Position numbers and translations under genes: made by a program
Notes under the pieces: model-generated
What the model was told of the DNA's origin: nothing
Seen by the model: the letters and a program-made list of their open reading frames with translations, nothing else
Database searches by the model: none
Assembly (NCBI RefSeq): GCF_009914755.1
Contig: NC_060929.1
Direction: 5' to 3' (one strand)
Source: the human T2T-CHM13v2.0 reference genome, Homo sapiens
DNA length: 64,000 nt
In this document: positions 18,437 to 31,890 of the stretch, in pieces
Layout: every line of letters starts with the position of its first letter
How positions within the stretch are numbered: the stretch's first letter is position 1

Positions 18437-19000
18437 TGTTGGAAACAGCGAGTTCCTTTTCAAAGGTTCTGCTTGTCCTCTATTTGCAAAGCCTAACTTC
18501 CTTGCCTCCTTGCCCCTAATTATGGTAAACAAGCTTCCAGCCATTCCCAATCTGTAATTCACATCTGTTCCCAACTTGTAACCCACATCCATTCCCAATC
18601 TGTAACCCACATCCATTCCCAATCTGTAGTCCACATCCATTCCCAATCTGTAACACACATCTGTTCTCAATCTCTAAAAACCCACGTCTGTTCCTTATTT
18701 GGCACCCTTAGTTCTGAAACTGCTCTTCCTGCTGCTGTAGCCCCTACCCCTGCTCCATTTGAAGTAGGCAATTGGGATCAGCTTAGATTGTGCGGTCTGA
18801 CCCCAGCCAACGGGGACCGGACACAGTAGCAGGGACTGACTGAATTAGGGATAAAAACCCCTACCCTCCTTTGTTTGGTGTGCTCTTGCAGTGACCAGAA
18901 GAATGAGCAGCACCCTTCTGCAGAAGTAAATTTGCCTTGCTGAGAAATCCTTCATTTGAGTGCTCATTTTCTTTGAGACTCTGAGCTCTTATTTCCAACA
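18437..19000 (+). mobile_element. LTR10 (LTR10B-like, HERVIP10/ERV1) solo LTR
   Basis: TGTTGGAAA...TTTCCAACA inverted termini; TSD CTCAA/CTTAA; CCCTTCTGCAGAAGTAAATTTGCCTTGCTGAGAAA is typical of LTR10; L1 ORF2 resumes in register after it. Confidence 0.85.
18541..18694 (+). repeat. 24-bp tandem repeat (~6.3 copies) CCATTCCCAATCTGTAACCCACAT inside LTR10
   Basis: Units start at 18541, 18565, 18589, 18613, 18637 and 18661. Confidence 0.95.
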
Positions 19001-19838
19001 CTTAAAAAAAATTAAAACTAGAACTACCATAGGATTATGCAATCCCACTATTAGGTATATATCCAAAGAAAATAAAATCATTATGTCAAAGAGATTTCTG
19101 CACTCTCATTTTTATTGAAGCATTATTCACATTAGCCAAGATATGAAATAAATCTAAGTGTCCATCAATGGATGAATGAATAAAGAAAATGTGGTACACA
19201 TATACATATACACACACACACACACATACAACAAAATACTATTCAGCCATAAAAAAGAAAAGAATTCTGTCATTTGTGATGACATGGATGAACCTGGAGG
19301 CCATTATTTTAAGTGCAATAAGCCAGGCACAGAAAGGCAAATACTGCATGATATCATTTACATATCTAAAAACATAATTGATCTCACAGAAGTAGAGAGT
19401 AGGATGGTGGCTACCAGAGGCTACGGTGGTTGGGGGTTAAGGTGGTGTTGGCGAAAGGATACAAAATCTCAGTTACATAGAAAAAATAAGCTCAAGAGAT
19501 CTGAGTAGAATTTAGAATATATTGTATTCTTGAGAAACGCTAAGAGAGCAGATGTAAAGTGTTCTCAGCACAAAAACAATAACTATGTGAGGTAATGCAT
19601 ATGTTAACTACATATGTTAATTAGTCATTCCACAATGTATATGCTCTTCAGGACAGTATATTGTACATGACAAATACATATAATTTTGTCAGTTTAGAAA
19701 AACAGAAAAAAAACTAAAAAATTAAATTGAAAAATAAAAATAGATGTGAGATAGAGATAGAAAAGAATATAAAAATAGATCTATCAGCAAACACATGATA
19801 GAGCAAGGACTGATGATGATTGAGGGAAGAGTGTTCCC

Positions 19839-20236
19839 TGTGAGCAAGGATATGCAAATCTCCCAAAGGCTGAGGAATCTAAGAGGCTGAAGAAAGGGGA
19901 TGATAAATCCAGTTTCTTAGAATAAAACATTTAACAGAGACTTAAGAACAGAAGCCCTGTGTTGGGGGCCACTATTCCCAAACTGTTACCCCCCAGACAC
20001 AGGGCCTATATCCATAAAGAAAGTGTATATGTGCTTCAGAAGGAATGTGTAGTACAATTGAAGTATCCCTCAGGGAAAGGCATGAATGCTTAAGGGCAGG
20101 ATTTAAGGTAAGTACATGCTCTTACACAAGGAACTTTAGATAAATTCGAAATCTTAGAGGTATTCCTGGAACTGGGGTTAATCTGAAGTCAACATAGCAG
20201 ACTAGCATCCAAGATGGAGTTGCTTTAGCCTCCACA
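19839..20236 (-). mobile_element. MER93-like ERV1 LTR
   Basis: Reverse complement begins TGTGGAGGCTAAAGCAACTCCATCTTGGATGCTAGTCTGCTATGTTGACTTCAGATTAACCCCAGTTCC. Confidence 0.75.
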
Positions 20237-20316
20237 GAGAAGATTAGGCAAGTAAATTGTCATTAGGTGAGGAAGCCACAAGCACAAGTTACTTTTTATA
20301 TAGTGAACAAAATGGC

Positions 20317-20812
20317 CGTAAGGTTCTCCTCAGTTTGACTAAACCTTAGACAGGTTTCTTCCCGACTATAGGTCCATGGCCTCTCGTTTCTTATGTTTGC
20401 CTTAGAAAATTTGCAACTATTTATCTGCTTCTTTGAGCTATTAATCTTCTCTTAGCCTCTTGCCAGCTTTACATGGCAGGAACAACTTTCCCAAGAACCT
20501 GGGAGAATCCCTATGAAATGTAATCATCAAGAACGACAGGGCCTCTGTCTCCCAGTTTCTGTGAGTGGGTAAGAGCCTAACTTCAATAAGCACCAATCAG
20601 CAACAGAGATGGCCTAATCACCTTGACCAACCTCCCCACTAATGTCCTCTAGTACTTTTCCATTAGCTCCTCCTGTTGCTTAAAAACCCTCTCACCTTTT
20701 GTTTCAGCAAAGTTGACGTCACTGCCTACTGCCTCTTCCCTATTGCAATAGTCTTGAGAAAAGTCTTCCTTGCCTGTTTACTTCATCTGGTGCAACTTTA
20801 ATTTCTTTTCTT
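20317..20812 (+). mobile_element. ERV1 LTR of the MER89/MER90/MER92 group
   Basis: CTCAGTTTGACTAAACCTTAGACAGG...TGAAATGTAATCATCAAG...TCCCTATTGCAATAGTCTTGA. Confidence 0.65.
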
Positions 20813-21019
20813 TTTTTTAATGAGTAATATATTGCTAGAGAAGAAGCTTAAATTATGAAAAACCATGATAATAGAATTCACTGCACTTCTGATTTAGAAT
20901 ATTCAAGTTAAAATCCACAATTTTCTTATTTCAAACTTTAGAATTGATAAATTTAAGTGTTTGCCATTGCACACAATACTACAGTAAAATGGGCATCAAT
21001 TTGAATCTAAATTGCTATA

Positions 21020-21400
21020 ACATTTTTTGGAAAAAAGCCTACAGTATATATTAAAATTACAAATTCACACTCTTTGATCTAGAAAAACCACACTTAGTAA
21101 TACAACCTACAGAAATAAAAGCACCAATGCCTGGGGGAATATGAACAAATATTTTTAGTATAGTGTTATTTTAATGGAAGTAATTAGTCCATTTAATGGC
21201 AAGAGTTTGAACAAATATGTGTTACATCTACACATCATGGAAATTCAGAAGCCTTTGAAAATTACTTAAATGTTTATTATACTGACAATAACTAAACACT
21301 AATGACTAATCTGGAGATATGAACTAAACATTAAGAAAAATAAGGTACTGAGTAGTATAGGCTATATGAAATTTACTAAAGTTATACGACAAGAATCTCT
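21020..21400 (+). mobile_element. L1ME-type ORF2 end/3' UTR relic
   Basis: CTCTTTGATCTAGAAAAACCACACTTAG...CCTACAGAAATA...CATCATGGAAATT. Confidence 0.5.
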
Positions 21401-22532
21401 ATCTATGTTCCTGCAGAGGTATAGAGAATGAATACTAGCAAGCCAATACTGGATTTTTCAGGAATTTGGAAATAAGAGAAACATTAGAAAGGACAAGTAA
21501 CAGTTGCATATTTATAATAAAAATCGCATCATTTCTATAGGTATTGTGTACACATATAATTTTATTACTTTAAAATATGATAAAACATTTCTAATGAAAA
21601 TCCAATTTTGCTGACATTGACTAATTGTGTGTGAGATCATTTAATGGACACTAACTTTATGATACCTATAGGAGAAAAATAATGCTTAAAGGGAAAAAAA
21701 TATACAACACTGGTATATCTTTATAAAAATGTATTAGAAAAATTATAATATATATTTATTGTTCAGTAACATCAGCCAATGAACAAATTAATTGTTGATT
21801 TTAGCAGTAGGAAAATGTCAAACTAATAACTTATAAGACTACAGGGCACATGAACTAATTTGCTAATCTACCTTAGAGAACCTATGTTAGAGGAAATAAA
21901 GAAAATCAGAGACCTATTCCAAAACGTATTCCTCGAACTATATCTACTAATTATATGCTAATATATGTCTCTAGTTAATAAAGAAGGATGTAAGGGTATC
22001 ACTGGGAATGGTATTTTGTATTAACTTTCTCTGTTAATCATGAATATTAAAGTAAATATTTATAAATGCAATGATTTTCAATTTGTGACGGATACTTAGA
22101 GAGAAGCTTTATTTTGTAATTTACTGCTATCTCCCATAATTAAGATCTAAATGTAAAAGTCAGTATTGAACTTACTAAATAGGAAATATTTCTAAACAAA
22201 CAATTGAGTGGGTATTAATTTTTCTTAATTTGTCTTCTGTATTTTCAAATATACATGCTATCTAATTTAAAGAAATTGAGTTTTATTAATTGAGAAAATA
22301 AAATTGTGCTAATCTGCTTCAAGCGTGAAGCTGGCTCTGGTTTCAGAGCTTACAAATGATTTCAGTAAAACCTTTCTAAGCAATAAAGTTTTGCTGCTTT
22401 GCTCAATAAACAATTAAATATTGAAGACAATGCAGTACAGCTTCACTCCTATGTATAGCACCATTAAAGCATGAACACAGAAGGGAAAAATATCTTTAGG
22501 AAAGCATACAAGATGACAATACTCCTTTTTGA

Positions 22533-22908
<376 letters not shown>

Positions 22909-22932
22909 TTCACATATATTTCTATTTTAGAA

Positions 22933-23020
22933 ATGTGTATTTCTAACTGAGTCAAATGGCTCCATTACTGTGTATTATGTGTATTTCTAACTGAGTCAAA
23001 TGGCTCTGTTGCTTTAAATT
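22933..23020 (+). repeat. 44-bp-period local duplication with an exact 30-bp core
   Basis: ATGTGTATTTCTAACTGAGTCAAATGGCTC at 22933-22962 and 22977-23006. Confidence 0.95.
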
Positions 23021-23860
23021 ATGCAAAGGCTTAAAAAGAAGATATGTATCTATGCTGATATCTGATTAGAGTAGAATCAGAATTCATTACTTTACATGCA
23101 TTTATTTCACACTCCTTGATAGGAACTATTTTACAATGACATATATGGCAAGAAATACTTTCCTTGTATCTTCAAGCTGCTTCTAAATCTAATTTACAAC
23201 ATGCAATTGTATTTGTATTCCTAATTAATCTTCAATTATGAAGTACATTCAATGGGATTAAAATATTTTTCAAATATTGTTTTAGGTTGCTGGGCTGATG
23301 CTGAAGAAGGGGAAAGATTTTAAACTGTGTATAACAGACTGTTGATTTTAAGTCAAATCATTTAATACCTGTGCAATTGTTATTGCTTATCTTTAAATTC
23401 TGAACTCCATCTTTTATTCCAATGGAAGGTGTTGATGTATACATTTTCAGAAATTTAAATATAAATTTACATACTTAATGAATGAGAATTAGTATTTTGA
23501 AATTTTACTTCCAGTAACTTCATTATTTCTTTTAGATATTAACTTAATTTAATTTTTATATTTCAAGACTTATATTTATAAATGCCAGCTATTGCTTTTA
23601 ATAGCATTTAGTGTTTGTTAATGGGAAATTCAAATAAGTTTAACTCTTCCATCTAGTCCTTAACATACCTCATTTTGTGCTGATGCCTAATGGAGAAAAA
23701 TAAATAATATATATGATACAATTTAATATATATATTATATATATTTCTCACTTTTAGTTTTCACTTAGCACTGGGTGTTTATACACACATACACTCATAT
23801 ACATATATACGCATTGTATATGCATATATTCATGTGTATGTGTGTATATATATATAGCAC

Positions 23861-23962
23861 TTATTTAAATGGTAAGAAAGAATATGAGTGTGTATGTATA
23901 TATAACCAACTGGTGGTATGTTTAAACACACACACACATATTCTTTCTTACCCTTTAAATAA
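23861..23962. repeat. inverted repeat, 33-bp arms (31/33 complementary), 36-nt spacer
   Basis: TTATTTAAATGGTAAGAAAGAATATGAGTGTGT and ACACACACATATTCTTTCTTACCCTTTAAATAA. Confidence 0.95.
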
Positions 23963-24509
23963 ATCCTATTCATTTAAGTTCTATACATGTTTCTATGTAT
24001 ATATCTAAGCAAACCTCTAATTTGCTTTTATATATTATTGTATAATATTCCATAAAATGTGGCTTTCTACTTTCTACTCTCTTTCAATGATGGATTCTGT
24101 AGCAGAAGCTTTGAATGAACTCTAAAGCCATTTTTATCCCTAATATCAATCTAAACTACATAGTGTACATACAGCTTTTTTACATAGATAAAACTAATAT
24201 CTTCTCAAGAACTGAGCCTCCTGTAAGCATTCACTATTCTCATTCACACCACCAGTTGGTTATATTAGTGATGACAGAGAGATGTAAATACCTCCTAGCT
24301 GCCAAGATACTTGCTATGGAATGAAACAAAACAGGAAGAAATTGATAAAGTGAAAATAATATCAATAAGTCTTTAAATATCCAAAGATTTCATTCATGTT
24401 TCTCTAATAGATCAATGCACACTCTTCGGCATATCAACAAAGAAGTATTTGTTTTCCACTTCCTCTTGACTCCATATAATTTACTTTTTGGAAATGCAAA
24501 TTAATAACT

Positions 24510-24970
24510 CATTACTCATTCATCATTCATCCATGAATTCAGCAACAAAAAATATTATGTTCTACTATAATCTAGACACTGTTTTTAGAGGTAGGGATAT
24601 AGCAGTTAATAAAATGGAAACCTTAATCAGGCTGGTCAGGAAAAGACTCATTTTAGAATGTGAGATTTAAACAATGACTTAAAGAAGGTGAGAAACGGAA
24701 CCATACCTATATCTGAGAAAAGAGCATTTAGGAAAATAAAGAGGAAGTGCAAACCTCAGGAGAGGGAACATGACTGATAGGTTAGCCGTAAAGTAAGGAA
24801 CCCAATGTAGTTAGAGAAGTTGGTAAGGGAGAGATGGGGTGGGGTTGGAGAGAGAGAGATAGCAGGAGTGGAATGGGTTACCTAGGGCCATGTAGTGCCC
24901 TGGAAAGACCTTTCCTTTGTCTCTGAATAAAAGATGGGGAGTCAATGAATGCTTTGTGGCAAAGAAGAGG
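24510..24970 (-). mobile_element. L2 (L2a-like) 3' region
   Basis: (CATT)n-like end, TCTAGACACTGTTTT...GATATAGCAGTTAATAAAA, GGTCAGGAAAAGACTC. Confidence 0.75.
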
Positions 24971-25084
24971 AAAGATCAAGTAGAAATGTTTTGGAGTACT
25001 CAAGCTACTTGCAGACACATTTGTAAAAATTATAAAATTATACTGCAAAATAAGTTAGTAAATTATTATTTAAATCATTATGCA

Positions 25085-25270
25085 AGAAGTAGCATGGTGT
25101 AGTGCAAAGAATTTCTTTGAAAGAGCTTGAAAATGTGGAATTTTTGCCATGTCTGATTAATGATCTCTATGAGCCTGAATAAGGCAAAGAATCTCTTTGG
25201 TCTTAGCTTTCTATTGGCTGTGAGAGATTGCCAGGTGTGATTTCCCAGGTCTAAATTTCTGTAACTTTAT
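25085..25270 (+). mobile_element. MIR3-like relic
   Basis: AGCATGGTGTAGTGCAAAGA...AATCTCTTTGGTCTTAGCTTTCT. Confidence 0.5.
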
Positions 25271-27194
25271 GCTCTGGATCAACTCCTTATGCCTTATTCC
25301 AGCTGTTAGATAAATAAATCAGTAGTTGTATTTTACTTAATTAGTCAATTTGTCTTTTGTTGTTTGAAAGACATTTTTATTTCCTTCATTCTTATTTTTC
25401 TTGATATTAGGTTAAAAAATGATTTAGTGATAAAAGAGAGTATAGTAATATTTTTAGAAGTTCCTGTCATTTTTTCTTCCTATTCTTCTGCAGAGTCAAA
25501 CACTTTTACCGAAATTAATTCCCAAGCAAATTAACTAAAGCATATAGTAGGCTTTTACTCAAGTGCATAGATACAAAGGATGACAATAGATTGAGAGGTT
25601 ATAATTTCACATTTTAAAATGAATATGTATTTATTTAAGCTAGGGTAGACTGAAATCAAGTTAGAACAGTAGTAGGAGTGAATAAGAACTGAAAGAAATG
25701 ACATTTGGATGGAAATGGAGTTACTCCATACAAAAATAGCATTGTCTAAAAGGCACATCTATTTGCATTAAAGATGTGGACAGCCAGAAGCCACAAAGTA
25801 AAAGTGTGGGTGCCACTGGGTCTGTGGTATGCACTTCGGCTTTGTAAAAGCTACAGCTATGACAACAACATTTATTAGGAATCCACCATATGTATGCACT
25901 GGTTCCTCTCCTCTGTGTAAAACTTCTAACTGGTTCTTCTTGATATTTTTTTAAAAAGACTGTCTAATATTAGCCCAGGAAAGCGTATGTTTCTTCCATC
26001 TGAAGTTCCAAATTATATTTCCCCTTAAATCTATACCTTACAAAGGTCAAAATCTTGAACTATTCTGAGAATTCCCTACCAGGTTATTACAGCTGTCACT
26101 TTCAAATAACTGATTACCAGCCCTGCCATACTCCAGTTTTCAATTGAAAAACGTGAATGACAACAATTTTGAAGCCGTACATTTTTAACGTTTTGCACCA
26201 AAGCTCAACTCTCAATATAACATATTTCAGCATAATGCTGTGAAATGTTATGAAACATTTCTCAAATGTATGAATGCAGCCATTAGGAAACTGATTTTTG
26301 GATTTAGTGTGTGTAATGTTGTTTCCATACAGAATCCATAACGGTCACATACAAAACTCATTCATTTCCTAAATAGGTTTGGTGTTGTTCTGATGTACAG
26401 AGCTAAAATAGAAAACCAATAGCATTTGTAACTTTATCAGATTTCTCTCAAAGGTTAAAACTATTTTCCCAAGGTATATAATATTAAGCTAAATACGAAT
26501 GCATTCAATTAAACAATATTTAGTACATTTTCTATGACCCAAGTATAAAATGGATTAATATTTTGCATAACAATAAGAGTATTTTTGACATTGCTAACCT
26601 TGATCATAAAATAATACAGTTCATTTCATTCATAATAGCAGTGAAGGTATTAAAAAACTGTGTGGATTTTATATACTTTGTCCTTTATTTTAGAGACTAA
26701 GTTCGGCAATGTATTTTTATTGAACAAGATTTTCTATCAAGGAATATTTAAATTCTACCCAGGCGTATTTAAAAGCTGTTGAGCAGATGCTGGAATAGGG
26801 TGGCTATTATGATATGTAAAATATTGCCCTTGTTCCCAAGACACTTTCTACCAAAAAAAATATTTTATTCATTCATTCACCAAATAGTTGTCAGGGGCAC
26901 ACTATCCACCTGGCACAGGTCACAAGGCCAATCCCAAACTAATATAGCTCACAGAGATGACAAGGATAAGAAACATTTACTGTCATCAAATATGTAGTAT
27001 GGATGCATAAAGAAAAATGACTAAAGCACCACATGAGTAAAGTGTCATTTTTGAATCATCAGAAAATAAAAACTTGCATTCTACAAAAGAGCCAAGTAAA
27101 CTTCAGCCACAACAAAATATACTGCAAAATTTCAGTGAAACATAGAGATTTTGACTCCCAATTTTATAATAATGGAAATTTAGTAACCACCTAA

Positions 27195-27557
<363 letters not shown>

Positions 27558-27585
27558 CATCTACTTTATAAAAACATATAGGTAC

Positions 27586-27635
27586 ATATATATATATGGA
27601 GAGAGAGAGAGAGAGAGAGAGTGAGTGAGAGAGAG
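27586..27635. repeat. (TA)n(GA)n microsatellite
   Basis: Directly visible. Confidence 0.9.
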
Positions 27636-27999
27636 TCTCAAAAATTAAATACATAAAATACAAAAACAATTATATTTTTAGTTTTATATATTACACATAA
27701 ATATTGTGATCAATTTATAAAAAGAAAACTCATTTCAGACATAAGGTCAATAAAATAAAAATGGATTCAGAGAAAGAAAAACAAGTAAGAAAGAAATGAA
27801 CAAAACTAGTACATCCGCTCTACATACACACACACAGACACATGCATGTACATAGGCAAATTAGTGCTTGTGTCAAGAAATAACAATGCAAATATTCAAA
27901 TCAGAGACTGTATAAATTGCATTTGTATGATCTGGTAACCTCATGTATATATAAGTGTGATAAAATTTCATTAAAAATTATTCCAGGAGGCTTATTTCA

Positions 28000-28800
28000 T
28001 AACACTAGGAGAGTGTGCAATTAATGGAGATTGAGTAGATATTTTTCCAGGAAGTGGGTATTGAATTCCGCCTTGGATAGGTTGAATTTAAACCGCTTGC
28101 AGGAAATCCAGATGAAGATGTCAATAAAGCATCTTCAAAGTAGGGAATGCAATTCTCAATTTTGGATCATCTAAAAAGATTTGAATGATCTACATAGATA
28201 TTCAAGTCATTGGAACATATAAAATTCTAAAAAATGAGAATAGCTTAGGAAAAGAGTAACAAAGTTATCAGTGTACAGGTCTCTGAAAACATATGTATCT
28301 AGAGAAAAAAGAAGGCAAAATAAGAGTAATTTTGGAAAAAGAGTAAAATGAACTATTGTTTATTGTTTGAAAGAGAATAATTCTTTAAAAATAAGAAATC
28401 ATCATGAATGTTAAGTGCCCTAGGAACGTAAAACTGATTAAAGACCACATACACACACACATGATTTCTGAGTTAAGAGACTGTTGGCTAACTTAAAAAT
28501 ATCATGTTAACCATTAGAGTGAAAGCTAAACTGGATGATAAATGTTGAAATATGAATGTGGTTGAATAACTAAGAAGTGTATACTGCTTTGGCTAATATC
28601 TGTTTTAAAAAGGAAGAAGAAAGAGGAAGAGAGCTAGAGGCAAAAAAAATGTGGGTGCAAATATTTTAAGAAACAGCATTTTAAATTACAAACATGAAGA
28701 TAGTATATCTGATTAAATGTCAAATTGTTATGACAGTAAGACATCTCATTGAGAAAGGAGCACTTTAAATATATGAAAGGACATGTTTTAAAAGACTCTT
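28000..28800 (-). mobile_element. degenerate L2 internal relic
   Basis: TTGGATAGGTTGAATTTAAA...GGAAATCCAGATGAAGATGTCAATA resembles antisense L2. Confidence 0.45.
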
Positions 28801-29737
28801 CAGAAGAATTTAAAGAAGAAAAAGTGTACTTAGTCTTTGTCAATACAATGACAAATGTATGATTTTTTTCAGCATAAAAAGTCCATTCAATAAAAACATG
28901 TCACATTAGTTTATTGTTTAGGTTTAAATTAAATAGCTTTTATTAATATTATTTTGATTACATCATTAAACAACAAACAAAACACTTGAAAGTGTTTATA
29001 TTATCAATGCAACAATTTGCTTTAAAACTTTGAAAATTATAATACACAAGCTGCCAATAAAATATTTTTCTAACTGGGGAGTGAGGGCTATAGAATTAAT
29101 GGAAAAAAAGTGATTTGAAATGTATCATAAAGATTCATTTTTAATTATTGATATCACAATTTCTACATTTTAGTCAGCAGTAACAAAAAAGGCCAATGTT
29201 AGTTCATTTAAGCAATGAAATAAACTAATATCCTCATTATCCAAATACTCATAGAATCATGGATAATTTGAAGAGATTTCTGCCACTGAAGCCAGTTCAT
29301 GACCGATTATCTTACAAATTTATAACATTTTTGAGCTAGACAATATGTCAACTATGTTCAACTATATTATTTGAGAATTCAAAGTAGAGAGCAGTAGGCT
29401 ACCCTATCAAAGTCTCAGAGAAAATTGTGAACTTTGTTAAGTCACCTGCTTGTATGATAGCTCAGAGATCATTCCACCGCACCATGGTGATACCATAAGA
29501 TTCAGAAACTAATATATTTTAGGATCATATTAATCATTAATACATTCTATATTTTCCAAAATGAATTATACTAAACATTTTATAACAACCCCAAAAGTAT
29601 TCAAACCACCCACCCTTCTAGGAGTAAATATTTTAGTCATAAATGAGAATTATTTAATAAAAGTTTTCTGTCAGGTCACATATTACTCAGCATGTTGATA
29701 AGCTAATTTTTAAAATAATTTAGAAGTATCCTAGATA

Positions 29738-29846
29738 AGGCAGCTACGTAATTTAATATGTAAACCAGGACAGTTTGGAGAGTTAACGAGATGCCGTAAA
29801 TAATTGTGTAGAAACCAAGGCATAAACCAAGACGCATGGTCACCTT
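29738..29846 (+). mobile_element. MER94-like hAT-Blackjack MITE
   Basis: TAATTTAATATGTAAACCAGGACAGTTTGGAGAGT...AAACCAAGACGCATGGTCACCTT. Confidence 0.65.
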
Positions 29847-30944
29847 GGCTACAGGTTACACTCATTTGACTATTTTTGCCTGTTTCACTAGATATGAGAC
29901 AACATAGAATTAAGCTCTTTCTATGAAAGAAAGGGGGTGTGTGTGCACGTACTTATGTTGGCTTTCTCATTTGGTTATTAGTAGGAAATGCCTTTCTTGC
30001 TATGCACTCTCAACTCCAACTTCAAAGTCATACATGTATATATTATTTTCTTGGCACAAATCCAATCTATTAACTAATGAAATGTGAAATCAAAAAGGCA
30101 CAAACGAGCTAAATTGGAAGCAGCAAAGTCCGATGATGGCATTCAGCATTCAAATGCCTATATAGGAGACATGAAGGTAAAGAAACAAACTTTCTTGTAT
30201 CTTTTCCTGTGTTTATAAATGATAGGATGTGAATAATCACTAACTGTTTTCATTTAGATGTGCAAGTTACCCTTGGGCATCAATTATAACCTGAGGACAT
30301 AAGCAACAGCTAAAACCTGACAAATGTGTGTGTAGAAAGTCCATGAAAACATAATCACTGTCCCATCAAAGAAGGAACAAAGATATCATAACCAGGCAAT
30401 TGGGACACCTTGTCAGTTATGCATAAATTGGTTAATCAAGAAAATAGCTTGACATAAGGGATGCCACATCCTGAAAAGGCTGCTAAGGGGACAGAATCTT
30501 GACTTCAATTTGGACTTGTCTGCTGTAAACCTTCGAAAATACTAGAAGGCCCCAAGGTGTGTGGCAGAGTCAATTCATAAATATTCAAATGCCAAGCAAT
30601 AAAATAATTGCTAAAAATACTCTCATGCCATAAACAATTTTTTTAAGTTTTTAAACAGAATAATTTTTTTAAAAGCCTCTAAAATATATCTATAACATAA
30701 AACATATAAAAGGTACTTTGGATTTGTTGTTTTTAAAAGTCCCCAAATACAAATTTCCTCTAATTCTTTATTCCTGAGTCATAGTCCTGATTATCCTTCC
30801 ATCTGCAGGAGATAATCATCTAGTTCATCTACTGTTCCCTCCAATACAGTATGCTCCAACTGAATACATTGCTTTTTAACACTGTCCTCTTTGCTGTTTC
30901 CTCTTTTGATAACAAAGCCTCAATTCAGGTACTTCGGCATTATT

Positions 30945-31329
30945 ATCACAGGTTGGAGTCTCAAAAGCAGATGCTAAGATAGTGTCTGTGTATATTTTTT
31001 TTAAAAAGAAACTACTCTCATCTGTTAAAAGAAGAGAAAGAAACAAGATTGGGCAGCAGGACTGGTTGAAGTGCCACGCTGGCTCCATGAAGCCACAGAC
31101 AAAGTTCTGGAGATAGAATGACCCATCTTCAGATGGTCCTTGGCCACCTTAAAGTGCCTGGGCCATTGTATCTCCTCTATGATCAGTCACTGAATGCAGG
31201 CCGCCCTAGGGAAGGGCATAACCTTGGGAGACCTGTGAGCCCTAAGTGAACTCACAGCTGCACTGTGAGTTCCGCTGGCCTCACTGGGGGCAGCAAGTCC
31301 TCTGAGGATCCATCACTGGATTCACCACA
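30945..31329 (-). mobile_element. LTR16 (LTR16C-like, ERVL) LTR within an L2 relic
   Basis: AAGATTGGGCAG...GATCAGTCACTGAATGCAGGCCGCCC...GGGCATAACCTTGGG...CACCACA. Confidence 0.7.
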
Positions 31330-31890
31330 TTCTGCATCTCACTCCCATATTCAAGCATTCACTCACTAGGTCCAGTAAATGTTGACTGTAAATGTTTTCT
31401 ATCTGTTACTTCCCTTACAGCTTTGCTGCGACTACCTTGATCCTGGCTGTCCTTTCTTCTTTCTTAGTATTTCTGTCCACCTTCTTGCCCACTTTCACAC
31501 TAAGGCACCCTGAATGATCTTCTTTCATAAACTTCTTAAATTACATAGCACCTTCTCCCTGCCTCCTAGATAAGATTCATGCTGACATTGACCAACCTCT
31601 TTAAACACCTGCTCATCTACAAACTGACCAATTGAACTGTTATAATTCTCTCCCTGTGCCATGCTCTTTAATGTCTTTATACTTTTGTTCAGGCTCTTTC
31701 TTCTGATACAAATGTTTTCTTTTGCCCCCCTCTACTACAAGAACCCTTCTGCTCACCAGTTGCAATTTATACTGTTCTTTGAATCAGCAACATTGAAAGC
31801 AAAAGCCTCAGCACATGGCCGTTTGTATCTTTATTCATCGGAGTGTAACAAAGGAATGCACAATTCTAGTGAAGTGCCTGGTACACAGAG
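31330..31890 (+). mobile_element. L2 relic
   Basis: Pyrimidine-rich L2-like body ending AGTGCCTGGTACACAG. Confidence 0.5.

Larger units (their letters stand above)
15105..19740 (+). mobile_element. L1MA (L1MA4/5-like): 5' UTR, part of ORF1, internally deleted ORF2, 3' UTR; interrupted by an LTR at 18437-19000
   Basis: L1M-type 5' UTR resembling the one at 55026; ORF1-like ~15836-16280; ORF2 motifs AAAAGCCCAGGAGTTGATG, GGATTTATTCCAGGGATGC, TTTGTTGATGACATA; [29 protein letters not shown]; L1MA 3' UTR and A-rich tail. Confidence 0.9.

Noticed and set aside
18332-18670. 112-aa ORF with YRLGMDVG repeats; array superficially CRISPR-like
   Set aside because: It is the antisense translation of the 24-bp LTR10 tandem repeat running into L1; repeats are contiguous with no spacers and the context is eukaryotic
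25470-25600. Strong-looking plus-strand acceptor TTTTTCTTCCTATTCTTCTGCAG (similar at ~11751 and ~41512)
   Set aside because: No convincing canonical donor at exon distance; isolated sites are common
31248-31272. 10-bp stem GAACTCACAG/CTGTGAGTTC
   Set aside because: Short, and inside an LTR16 relic
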